Source: Vicugna vicugna
Taxonomy: Eukaryota
NCBI GenBank assembly: GCA_013265495.1
Contig: MU059418.1
Coordinates: 3,022,773 to 3,086,772, forward strand
DNA length: 64,000 nt
Direction: 5' to 3'
In this document: positions 1-12,340 of the stretch, in pieces
Layout: each line of letters opens with the position of its first letter
Numbering within the stretch: the stretch's first letter is position 1
Made by a program: the position numbers and the translations under genes
Notes under the pieces: model-generated
What the model was told of the DNA's origin: nothing
Seen by the model: only the letters and a program-made list of their open reading frames with translations
Database searches by the model: none

Positions 1-3000
1 TTCATTTTTCCAGCAGCTTTTAAGTTAGGAACGTTTGAGGGTGACCCAGTGTTTTCTGAAAATGTCCAATGTCACTTTGATCAGGATCTGGGGCAGTTTT
101 TTAAAAATGCAGATTTTTTTTAATCCCCACCCCCACCTCATCCCTTGAACAGTTCCTGCTTTCTGAGTTGTGATAGGAGTCTTCTCAGTTTGAAGCACCT
201 GATAAGAATTTTAGTTCAATTAAATTGAAATTATCAGTCAAAGCTGTGGGAAATTAACCATGAATAAGACAGAGCCCCTGCTTTCACATGTGATTAACAA
301 GGTTGACAGGTAAACTTTTTCTGGAGAATTGGGGAAGGCTTTGGGGGGGTCTTGAAAGATGAGTAGGAATGTGTAAGCAGGTGAGAGGCAGGAACGGGGA
401 CAGCACCAAGTAGGAGGAACAGAAACAGCAAAGGCAAATAACTCTGAATGTGGCTAGTCTTGTTAGAGAGACAATGAGGAGTTTGGTGTAGATACTGAGG
501 AAGGCCTGGGGCTTGGAGCAGGCTTTTAGGAGCTCAGTTTTGGAAAGGGAGACTTGGATGCCAGGTTAAGAAGTTTAGCATTTGTCTGATGAGCAATAGG
601 GAGCTCTTTAAGGATTTTAAGCAAGGGAGATACACGGTGTGTTAGGTGCTGGTGACAGTGTGGCATATTGTTTGTAAGGCCAAAGAGAGAGCTCAGGGAG
701 TTAAGGTGTGAGATGATAAAACAGTCTGAGGAGATGGAAAGAAGGGGACAGATTAAAGAGACAGTAGGGAGAATTATAACTGATTATAAATTACTGGCCC
801 AATCCAGGGAACAGAATATTTCTACTTCCTTAAATAAAGTGTGTATGTTCTCTATCTACAGGACAGACTGAGCCCTCCAATCTTTTGGGAGGAAGGAAGG
901 GATAGGTGGTGTGGTTATTGCTACAATAGTGTTTCCATGATGTCTCTCCTTTGCTTTTGTACCTAAGGGATAGTCTGAAGCAACAGGCTATAATAGGCCT
1001 CAGGTGCCAGGAACAAGGGGTTAACAAGGAACAAAAGAAGTTACCAAGTGTTGACAAGGAACAAAGAACAAGGGGTTAACAAGGAACAAAGGAAACTTTC
1101 TAGTGCGGCTTAAAATCAAAAATCATAACCCAGGGTTCTCTGTGCAGGTTCCCCTCTTCCAAGATGGGTGCCAAATGACGTGTATCAGGTGCCTATTGAT
1201 GAGATTTGGGGAGGATCCCAGACCTTAACAGCCCTTTGGTTGACTCCCCTCACATTGCAGCAGGTAAGATGTCTTTATCCCCATTTTGCAGATGTGGCAG
1301 CTGAGCCTCAGAAGTAAAATTACTTGTTCAAGGGGACCCAGTTTGTGATGGGACTGAGAGTGAGGGGCTCTTGGCCAAGGGTCTTTCCAATGAGGCTTTA
1401 CCTTTCCTGCTCTCTCTACCTACATGCTTTCCCCCTAAATTTTGGCATAAATGGCTCCTTGTCTTTGAGTTGTCTCCTCCTCAGGTGACATCCCCAGATC
1501 ACTCTGTATCACAGTCTACTATGTGTTTTCTTCATAGCACTTAGTATCTGAAATTGTAAACTTTACTTGTCTGTTTCCTTCCACTGAAATGTGAGCTCCA
1601 TGAAAACAGACATGTCTTGTTCACTACTTTACTCCCAGCACCTGGAATAGTAGATAGTCAATCACATTTACTGAATGATGGAAATAAGCTGAGGAGGGAG
1701 GAAACCTCCCTTAGGTGAAAGCTTAGGATGCTTCAGGTACTTCTCATAAACCACCTCATTTGATCCCCTCGCAGCCTGTTAAGGCGGGTACTGAACCTCC
1801 ATTGGGTGGGTAACAAAACATGCTAAGTGAGGTCAAGTCTGGTTTCGAGGCTATAGACTCCTTTGAGAATCTCCATTAGACACAGACTTTTTGGAAACCA
1901 TGTGGAGAAATTCAGAGACCTCTTTGGGGTCACTCAGGGATCCCAGATCAAGGAACCCAGGATTAGGGAGCTTGCCTAGCGTCTTTCTGGCCTGAAGCGT
2001 TTGCTAGTTTCTCACTCCGTGGCAACGATAGACTCCCTTTAGTGGACTGCTAGGAACTTGCTAAAGATTCTGAAGCAGAGGGGGTTTATGATACACTGAG
2101 CGTTTGATGTCTCTGACCTGGGTTCAAATTTGGACTCCACAAACTAGCAGTGTGAGTATGAGCAAGGCTTCTCACCTCTCCGAATCCCACTTGCCTCACT
2201 TTCAAAATGGAATCTGGTTTTTTTCCCCTAACAATAACTAATCTTTATTGATCTGCTCATTAAGTGCCAGGTACTTAGCTAATGGCTTGATAGTTGTTGT
2301 TACCTAGCTTTTCACCAAACCCTACACCTGGGAACTTGGAGGCTTGACAAGATATCCTGAATGAGATGCCCTGACTTGCCAGAGATCATGCAGCTTCACA
2401 CTGAGCCATTGTGCTTCCACACATCTTGGGATGGGCCGTTAGCTCAGGCTTCCCAAAGCTGACTTCTGAATCCACTGCAAACTATATTCTTAGGATTTGG
2501 GGGAGCATTTGAGTCTGAGTTAGGTTAAAAAAGACAAGGAGGGCTGCACTGCAGTGTGAATGGAGGCCAATCTTTTAACTTTGTATGTCGCCTTTCCCCC
2601 TGTGAGGGCCTCACGTGAAGCCTAGACTGGGCCTCTTGTCCCAGGGTCTGCATTTTTGTGCACGTGGCTGCCGTCTCTTTTTAGCAATGACATCACTCCG
2701 CCTGGAATTATGAGGCTGTCTCCCCACCTGGCTGGGGGCTACTGCTGGGCCATTCAGAGTGGAATTCCTCTGTCTTCCAGACCCGAGCACAGTCCTGGCC
2801 CAGCAGTGCTGCTCAGGAAATGCCTTTGGAATCAAAGCGAGGACTCTCCCATGTGTTGAGGATTTACTGTGTGCCAGGCCTGTCCTGGACACTTTATATG
2901 TGTTATCTCATTTACACACCCCAGTAATCCTGAGAGGGGGGAGTTACTGTTCTATTTTACTGAGAAGAAATAGGCTCAGTTGGGCTTTGCCTTAGGTCCA

Positions 3001-3529
3001 CTTGCGGTAATTGATAGCACCAGGACCAATGCCAGGGCCTGTGCTCGCATCATGCATGATGAACTCTTGAAGCTGTGGGCCGATAAAGGGTAGACACACT
3101 TCTCAGTGCCTAGGATCCTCAGAGGTTTTATACTGACAAATCTTCTAATCCAGCTCTCATTTCATCTGTGAGGAAGCAGAAGCCCAGAAAGATTATTCAC
3201 TTACAGCTCCTCTTTTCCACTTACTGCTTATCCTTATTCACCACTTTGGGGCAAGATGGGATCCAATTTCACTCACCATTATACCACCCAGGTAGCCCAG
3301 TGCCTAGTCCAGGTTGACACTCAGTAAATGCTTTTAAATTTTATTTATTATGAAAACATTGAGAAAAGTATGAAGATTAATGTAATAGAGACATATACTC
3401 ACCACCCAGCTTGTGAAATAAAACACTGCTGATAGAGCTGAAGGTCCTTTTGTACCGCTCTACAGCTGCACCCCGTGCTGCACCCCCCCAGGTAAATGTT
3501 CTCCTGAATTTGTTGTTTATTCTATGCAA

Positions 3530-4720
3530 TTTTTATTGAGATACAATGCATATACTATAAAATTCAACCTTTTTAAGTATACGATTTAGTGGTTTTTAGT
3601 ATATTCATAAGATTGTGCAACCATCAGTACTGTGTAATTCCAGAACATTTTCATCACCCCCCCCAAAAAAAAACCCCATANNNNNNNNNNNNNNNNNNNN
3701 NNNNNNNNNNNNNNNNNNNNNNNNNNNNNNNNNNNNNNNNNNNNNNNNNNNNNNNNNNNNNNNNNNNNNNNNNNNNNNNNNNNNNNNNNNNNNNNNNNNN
3801 NNNNNNNNNNNNNNNNNNNNNNNNNNNNNNNNNNNNNNNNNNNNNNNNNNNNNNNNNNNNNNNNNNNNNNNNNNNNNNNNNNNNNNGCCTGAATGGTGTT
3901 CCGTTTTGTAGGTACGCCACATTTTGTTCATTTATCAGTTGGTGGACATCTGGGTTGTTCTATTTTCTGCTATTATAAATAATGCTGCTATAAACAAGTT
4001 CTTGTGTGGATGTATGTTTTCAGTTCTCTCAGATATATNNNNNNNNNNNNNNNNNNNNNNNNNNNNNNNNNNNNNNNNNNNNNNNNNNNNNNNNNNNNNN
4101 NNNNNNNNNNNNNNNNNNNNNNNNNNNNNNNNNNNNNNNNNNNNNNNNNNNNNNNNNNNNNNNNNNNNNNTTTTACATCCTCACCTACCCTTGTTTGTTT
4201 GATGACCATCCTAATGGCTGGGAAGNNNNNNNNNNNNNNNNNNNNNNNNNNNNNNNNNNNNNNNNNNNNNNNNNNNNNNNNNNNNNNNNNNNNNNNNNNN
4301 NNNNNNNNNNNNNNNNNNNNNNNNNNNNNNNNNNNNNNNNNNNNNNNNNNNNNNNNNNNNNNNNNNNNNNNNNNNNNNNNNNNNNNNNNNNNNNNNNNNN
4401 NNNNNNNNNNNNNNNNNNNNNNNNNNNNNNNNNNNNNNNNNNNNNNNNNNNNNNNNNNNNNNNNNNNNNNNNNNNNNNNNNNNGTGTCTTTTGAACCACA
4501 GATGTTTTTAATTTTGATGAAATCCAATTCATGTGTTTTTTCTTTGGTTGCTTATGTTTAGAGTGTTATATCTAAAAAATACCCATTGCCTAATCCAAAA
4601 TCATGAAGATTTACACCTATGTCTTCTATGAGCTTTGTAGTTTTTTGCTCTTATGTTTAGGTCTTTCATTAATTTTTAATTAACTTTTGTATATGGTGTG
4701 AGTTAGGCCCTATGCATTTT
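3530..4720 (-). mobile_element. Old L1 3' fragment (L1MB-like), partly N
   Basis: Typical antisense L1 3'-end text (tttttattgagatacaat...aaattcaacctttttaagt; ttttgatgaaatccaatt). Confidence 0.7.
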
Positions 4721-6689
4721 TAGTCCTTTTACTAGGTATATGTTTCTAAACAAATATGATATTTTTTTCCCTGTTTTTTGGACTTTAAATGGTAACATAT
4801 GTATTCCTGTGCAGCTTGATTTTTCTCATTCAGCCTTAGGTCAGGAGATCTATCCATGTTGATAAGGGTAGCCGGTTCATTTGTTTTCACTGCTTTATAA
4901 GTTTCATTGCATAAAAATACCGCATTTCATTGACCATTTCTCCTTCCCCTGGAAACCCGCGATGGGAGCCTTACCCCACGGAGAGACATATAGTCTTGCC
5001 CTTCCATCCCCCCAAGACTTTCACCAAAAATGAAGGGAGCTGGAAATAGAGAAGTCAAAAGGGAATTGTATAAGGATGAGAACGGGGTCCCACGGTCTTA
5101 GGAGTGATCCTTTCTTGAGGACCTTCTCATGGTCTCTGTGGTATGTATTTCCCTTGTTTATTCTACTGAGTTTGGGGACGATGATAATGAAAATCAAGAG
5201 GAAGAGTAGTAAAGTTCGTGTATTGAACACTTATAGACATTGCGCCTTTTCCTTTTTGTGAGTATTATCTCATTCAGTTCCCTGTGGGGTAGGTGCTGCT
5301 GTTATTCCTGCTTTATAGATGATGAACAGAGGATCAAAGGGACAGAGTAACCGAGGATTTGCACTCAAGTAGTCCGACTCCAGAACTCTTAAGCACTGTG
5401 CTGCATTGTTAGCTTGGCTCAGCTAAACCCAGGAGACCAAAGAAAGGAGAAGCTTGCCCAGGTTTAGTGGGTGAGAAGCAGGAGTCACAATATCCACTGG
5501 GCCACAATATCCAGAGGGCAGCAGGGAGCAGAGAGAGAGGCCCCTGGGGAAGATGGTTCTTGAGAGACAAATGTCCCCACCCCAATGGACGTGGCCCATT
5601 GGGCAGGTACTCATGGCCACCTCTTCTATGCCAATCCTTTGCTGGCTGCTAAGGCTGCAGAGTAGAATCTAGTCCACAGGGGAGACAGATAATAAATAAG
5701 CCAACCTACCAATACATGGAAATAATTGAGATATGTGGTACCAAGGGGGAAGAGATAACATATATAGAGGAGAACTAATTTAGGCAGTGTAATCCAGGGA
5801 GGCCTCTTTGAGGAGGTGACATTTGAGCCAAGACTTGACTGACAAGATGGAGGCAGCCATGCCCTAGTTTAGGGAAGGAGTATTCCAAGTAAGGGAATGG
5901 CAGAGTCAAAGTCCCCACAGCAGAAAGGAGCTTGGTGTGGTTTCTAAATTCTTGGAGTGAGTGAGAGGATGGAGCTGCCTGAGATGAGGCTGGAGAGCTG
6001 GCAGGGCCTCTAGGCCAGGGTCAAAAGATAAGTTTATAGTCTGCAAGTTTAAATAAGGTCCAGCGACTCCATAGAGACTCTCTTCTTGCTTGTCTTTAAG
6101 GATTGGGGTCTAGGATACTTGAGAGTGACTGAATCCTAATACAGGTGTCCCCTATTTCTTGAAAGCTTGACTTACACCACCTCACTTTTATAAAAGACCT
6201 ATGTGAGAACCTGTTTTCACTAACAGAAAGAAATCTGAAGAGGATTTTTGCTTTTATGAAAACAGGCAAAAAGCGAAGATAGTGTTCAGCATTTGTTTCG
6301 CAGCGAGCCGATAGAGGCAGCGCCCACCGGGTCAGTGAGAGTGGCCTCACGGAGCTCCTTCCCCAGAACTGCACTCAGCATCTCAGCACAAGCCGCCATA
6401 GCTCTGACTGTGTGAGCATCTGTTCATCCATTAGCAAGACTGTCCTAAGGTAATTGCTTCTTTGCTTTATGCCATGTCAGCTTAGGAAAGGTCTCAGGAA
6501 CGTGGTACTCTCAGAGAGCTGGAGAAACCTGGACCTGGTCTGGGAGAGACAGTAGAGAGGATGGGCAGAGTTCTTAGCATCTGTCCCTAGATGAATGGAA
6601 CAAGAATTTGGAGGGCATGGGTGGCCTTTGCCCCCCAGGACACAGGTGACAAGATAGCACCTCAAACTGAGGACTGCCCATATATCCTT

Positions 6690-7190
6690 CAGGAGGGAAG
6701 GAGTTAAACAAACTGGTGCATCCAGGATTTGGAACACTGCTCAGCCATAAAAAGGAACCGACTCTTGATATAAGCAACAGCTTGTGTTAATCTTCAGGGA
6801 AGTGAAAAAAGCCAGTCTTCAAAGATTACATACTGTATGATTTCACCTATATAACATTTTTGAATGGACAGTTTTAGAAATGGAGGACAGATTGTAGGTT
6901 GCCTGGGGTTAAGGATGGGAGGGAAGAAGTTATGGTTATACAAGGGAACACCTTTGTGTTGTTGGAACTGTTCAATATCTTGACTGCGGTGGTAGATCCA
7001 CAAACATACATGTGATAAAGTTGTATAGAAATTAATACACACATGCACACACACACACGAGTATATGTAAAACGGAAAATCTGAATGAACTCAAGTGATT
7101 GTATCAATGTGAATACAGGGAATCTCTCTGTATTATTTCTTATAAATGCTTGTGACTATACAGTTATCTCAAAAATTTCAATTGAAGAAT
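6690..7190 (+). mobile_element. Old L1 3' end (L1MB/L1MC-like)
   Basis: agccataaaaaggaa...agtgaaaaaagccagtct...gttgcctggggttaaggatggg. Confidence 0.7.
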
Positions 7191-9765
7191 GAAATTAAAG
7201 GCCCAAAGCATTAGGTAGGAAAATAGGGATATTTGTAATAACATTTTCAACCCATTAAAAAAAAAAAAACCTGAAGGCTATGCTCAAGGAGGCCTCTCAC
7301 CCTTAAGTTAGTAAAGTCCGGATTCGCAGAGAGGTGGGCAGAAAACCCGGGGACGTGGGAGAGCACAGGTTCACCCTGAGCCCCTCAAAATTCTCAGGTA
7401 GACCCACTGATCCGAGCTTAACTCTTTGAGCCTCTCTCTGCCCTTCACCTTCCAAGTCGACTGACCATGATCACAAGGGCAGCACCACAATCCCCCTCAC
7501 CCTCCCACTCTACCTGTAACTGGTCTTTTGAGAAGGGCAGACATTCCTCCCTCATTCTCCACTCCCAAATTGGGCTAAGCTCCCCTCCCCTGGGAAGCCC
7601 TGTTTGATTGTTACTGTCTGTGCCTCCATGCCTGTCTCTGCCAGACAGACTCTTGGACCTTAGGAGCAAGCCTAGAACCAGTCCCAATCTGGAGGGCATC
7701 AGAGAGTGTTTGTTGAACTCAGTAAAATGGGAAGCTGACCTAGGCTAAGACAAGCCTGTCCCAATCCTGAGACCAGAGGGAGGGCCTGGGCTGTGGCACA
7801 GAATTTGGGGAGTGGGGTGGCTGTGGTCTTAGAAGATCCTGGGACTTTCTTCCCACACGGTAGGCCCACAAGGATGTCTCTTCCAGAATGCTGGCTGTCC
7901 AGCACTACCTCAGATTCCATCGCCAGAGTGGCAGACCCAAGGCTTCCCCACCAGACAACCCCAACATACACATCTCCATGGCTCGCATGTTCATGTAGTT
8001 GGCCTCTTGCCATGGGCTGAGCACTGTTTCATTTATCTCTCTCAGCAATGTTGTAAGGCAGGTACTCCTTGTATGTGCATTTTGCAGAGAAGGAACCCGA
8101 GGCACAGAGAGGTTAAGTAACTTGTTCAGGGTCACTTAGCTTATAAATGACAGAGAAAAGATTTGAAGAGGCAGTCCTAACATGTGCCCAACTTAGTTCC
8201 TGCAGGTGCAAAGCTGAGAAAGAAATACTGCACTCAAATGGAGCCAGTGATAATATCAGACATTTGCATAGTGCTTGTCTATGTCAGGCACAGGCTAAGC
8301 TCTTTATATACATTATTTCTAACTCTGCACAACAACCCAGTGGAATAAGGTTATGCCCATTTTTATGATGGAATCTACAAGAAGAAAAGTGACCTGCTCA
8401 AGGTTACATAGCAAGTAAGGGACGGAGCTGGAGCAGATCTGTTTCTAGAGCCAGAGCTGTCAGACCCTCTTCTGCCATCTCTTCCCCAGATTTCCTTTTT
8501 TTAGCTTCCTCCCTCCTCCATACACTGACCCTCCTGTGCCCTCTCGCTGCTGCCGTTTCCGCTCTCCTCCATCCCAGCTCCCCAGACTGGCCCCTGTCAG
8601 AGCCCCCCCCCCCTTTCATTTGTATTCTGAGCATAGTTTGGAGGCTGGGGGTGGGTCAGACTATCTAGACGGTGACCTCTATAGGTCACCCCATACACTA
8701 GGGTGCCCTTCAGCCCTTCCTGTTTCCACCCACCTGCCCAGCAAGGGAAGTCTTGGAGGGGCCCAACACTCAGTCCCCTTACCTATCTGCAGTGGTCAGA
8801 AGGTGTGTGGTCTGCAGGATGCAGCAGACAGAGTGAGCAGGATGCCCTTACCTGGCAGAGAGGCCAGCAGGCTGGGGGTGGGGACACCACTGGGCCTCGC
8901 AGGGCTGGGTGGTTCTGGAAGCTGCTCCGAGTAGCAGCAACTGCTGGCATTATCTAGGTTCTAAGAATAGCTTGGGCTGCAGAGTTGAGGGCTGGGGCCA
9001 GGGAAGAGGGCAGGAGCCTTTTTCCACTGCCCCCTCCACCCTGCTGCTTGGCCTAGAAACTGGGGAGCCTTCCTTCTGGCTTACTGTTTGCTCTGGGATG
9101 ATTTTGCATGGATCCATCTTGTCCACCTTTGGGCTAGAGGAAAGAAGGTGTCCCAGGGACTCAGACTTAGGGCTGAGGGCATTCAGCCATCCCCCAGGGC
9201 CTCCCCACTGGCACAGAGTAGGGGCTTGCTTTTTTAAGGATCAATAGGTTGGAAGCAACTCTTATTCATTTAGCAAAATTCAAGGGTATAAAGGGATACA
9301 CAGGGGAAAAAAAATCAGTCTCTCCCTTTCCTACCCACAAGCCACCTATTCTCCTCTGCGGAGGTGACAGCTCTTACGAGCTTCTTACTACCTTCCAAAG
9401 GCGGTCCCTCCATCAGTAAGCACAAAAATACACAACCCTTCTCTGCCCCATTTTCACCTGAGTGATAGCATATCCCATACCTTCTTCTGCTCCTCACTTT
9501 TTTCACTTAATGATACATGTTGGAAATAACAGTAATATAACATGAGGGGAACCCACATGTCACATAGTGAGTCTCCACTATGTGCCAGGAACTGTTCTAA
9601 CCGCTTCAGATGATTTAACTCATATAGTGCTCATCAGAATCCTTCATGGTAGGTGCTTTGTATAAATATCCATTGTTAACGGGTTCAGTAATTTTCCAAG
9701 ATTTCATAGCTGCTAATTGGCCAGGATTCAGTCCCAGGCAGTCTGACTTTAGATAATGTGTTCTT

Positions 9766-9950
9766 TTTATTTGTACATATATATTTTTATTGAAGTATAG
9801 TCAGTTTACAACATTGTGTCAATTTCTGGTGTACAGCATAAAGCTTCAGTCATACCTGAACATACATGTATTCATTTTCATATTCTTTTTCACCTTAAGT
9901 TACTGAAAGATATTAAATATAGTTCCCTGTGCTCTATAGCATGAACTTGT
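9766..9950 (-). mobile_element. 5'-truncated lineage-specific L1 tail with target-site duplication
   Basis: tttttattgaagtatagtcagtttacaacattgtgtcaatttctggtgtacagcat...; TSD ttagataatgtgttctt (9749-9765) / ttagataacatgctctt (9951-9967). Confidence 0.75.
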
Positions 9951-10432
9951 TTAGATAACATGCTCTTCATCCTTGCTCCATGAGTCTGTCACTGCGTAGC
10001 ATACCCTTACGCTTCCTAAGGGCCGAGGTAAGAGATGTTCTGGATGTCAAACACTTGCTGTGGCCAGGCTCAGGCTGGGATGCAGTAAAAATAAGGAAGA
10101 CGAGGTCTCTGCCCTCGTGGAACTGGCAGCTCAGTGCCCATGATTGTCTTGTCAACCAAGGTAGGAGGAGGGAACCCACATTTCACTTACACTCACAGGC
10201 CCACACACAGCGTGCTGTTCGTATTCACCCTGTGCCCTGATCGCTGGTCCTTTTCTTACAGCCTCTGAGCTGCAAGGCCTTAGAGCCCAGAGCTAGAAGT
10301 AGAAACATGGAGGTCCACACAGAAGTAGGCACTTACAAGAGATCACGGTGTGGCCCTCGTGAGCCTCATCCCCTGCCCCCTGGGATCCATTTCTGCAGGG
10401 CTGGTGGGGGTGTCTTTAATCCAGGGCCCAAC

Positions 10433-10501
10433 CATTGTTTGAAGTTCGGAACAATTGAAGGGCAAGGGAGCTATAGATAGATCCACAGCTGCTGTCACCT
10501 G
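10433..10501. promoter_or_regulatory. Candidate muscle enhancer: paired Sox sites, a MEF2-like/GATA site and two E-boxes
   Basis: CATTGTT 10433-10439, AACAAT 10450-10455, CTATAGATAG 10471-10480, CAGCTG 10486-10491, CACCTG 10496-10501. Confidence 0.45.
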
Positions 10502-11399
10502 TTCCAGCCTGGGCACTGGGCCTGAGCATTGTCTACGTGGGGGTACTCTACCCCCATGAATGAGGGCCCCCTGTGGAGTGGGAGGTTGGTCCAGCCCAGC
10601 TCTGCTCCAGAGAGATTGAGTCAGAGGCCAGGACAGAGAAACGCAGCATCTCGGAAGGCAGAGAGAGACAGTAACACAGAAAGGCCAAGACCCTTGAGAG
10701 ATACAAGAGGCTCCCACCAAATGCCAGAAACAGACTGGTTGGGGCTCCAGGTGGGCCACACGTGCACATCTCTCTCTGGGGCAGCCACATCCCAGATTCT
10801 TCTGAGGCAGTTGAAGGTGATTTGGGGAGTGCTCTGGGAGACCCTTGGGGCCTTTGAAAGGAGAAGTTGTGCTGCCAGGTCTGGTCATAACTTTACTTCA
10901 CTGTGTGACCTAGGGCAGGGACCTGCTTCTTCCCGTGTGCCTCAGTTTCCCCAACTGTTCAATGAGAGAGTTGGTTTGCGTGATCTCTGTCATCCTCTGA
11001 TGCCCATCAGGACACTTTTCCTCATGTGTCTAACCTCTCTCCCTCTTGCTGCAGAGGAAACCACGCTCCCCTCCTTTGTCCTTCGTGAGAATGGGGGACA
11101 GCTGCTCCCCTACCCCTTCCCCCCAGTAACCTTTCAGCCATAAATCCATGCTGAGGCATCTCTCCACCGGATAAACAGCCCTGATGCCTTTTGGCTGCCC
11201 TCATCCTATTTTCTGCTTGAAGCATCAGAGCCAGGGCCCACTTGGGCCCTCTGCAGCTGCCCAGGGCCCCAGGAGGGGGACCAGCTTTGAACAAGCATGG
11301 CCCCACCACCCCCGGGGTGCCAGGGTGGATGGCCCCTCTTTGGGCCTCACCACCTCGCATTTGGACCCTTATGGCAGCCGCCTCCTAAGTACGTCTTCC

Positions 11400-12340
11400 T
11401 GCCACCGGTCTCACCCCTGCAGTCCATCCTCCACACCAGCTGCCGCGGGGATCTTGTGAGCACATAAATCTGACCACACGGTCAAATGCCCTTGCTCAGA
11501 GCTCTTTGATGAAAAAAATAAAATAAAAATGCCTTTGATGGCTCCCCAACTCCTGCAGGATAAAGCACTGAATGCTAATCTGGCTTTTGAAGCCCTTCAC
11601 AATCCAGGCCCAACTGCTCTGTCCAGCCTTACCTCCCTTATGCCCCCTGTGGCCCAGCCTCAGCCTGTGTGGCTGGCTGCTCTGGCCTTGGAGTTTGGGT
11701 TCGTGCCCTCTGTCCCCTCTCCTCTACCATCAGTGCCTCTCCTGCCCGGGGCCCTGCTCTCCCTGGACGGCCACAGCCTCTGCACTGCTTTACCCGTGGC
11801 ATCTCTTGCCCCTTCCAGTCCATTCTCAATATGGCAGCCAATATGGTGCTTATTAAACTTCAGACCACTTACTCTCCTGCTCTGACAGCTTCCCCTCCCA
11901 CTTGCAATAAAGTCCTAAGACTCCCAGTGCCCCAGCCCCTACCTACCTGTCTAACCTCCCCTTGTAAAACTCTTCCCTCATTCCCACCCCTATGGCACAA
12001 GCATTGTAACGGAGCCTCAGATGCACGACGCTATTTTCTGCCTTTTGTATTTACTGTTTCCTCCTGATCGGAATCTTCCCCTGGCTCTTCCCCTGGCCAG
12101 CTTCCTCTTACCCTTTAGGTCTTGCCTTAAATGTCACCTCCTTAGAGAGGCTGTCCCCGACCAACCTGAATAGAGCTACACTCCCGTTACCCTCCACAGT
12201 ATTACTCTGGTGCTATCCTAGGACGTGCCCCAATCTTTTATCCTTCAAACTTCTCCATTCTGACATCTTCCTTGAGTGTCATTCCTTTCCTGGACACAGA
12301 ATAGAAGCTGTCAGATGCATATTCAATTGAATTCATGTGT
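11400..12340 (-). mobile_element. L2 fragment(s)
   Basis: L2-type text (aggataaagc...ggcttttgaagcccttcacaatc; cttgccttaaatgtcacctccttagagagg). Confidence 0.55.

Noticed and set aside
3589-4561. ORFs of 88-185 aa in the track
   Set aside because: They are open only because N-runs contain no stop codons; the flanks are L1 remnant
6315-6340. CTCF-like GC motif (gcagcgcccaccgggtcag)
   Set aside because: Only the GGCGC half matches; several core positions disagree
8843-8856. Strong minus-strand donor CAG|GTAAGG, a possible antisense or GSS upstream exon
   Set aside because: No convincing partner acceptor or promoter was found, and single splice-site matches are common
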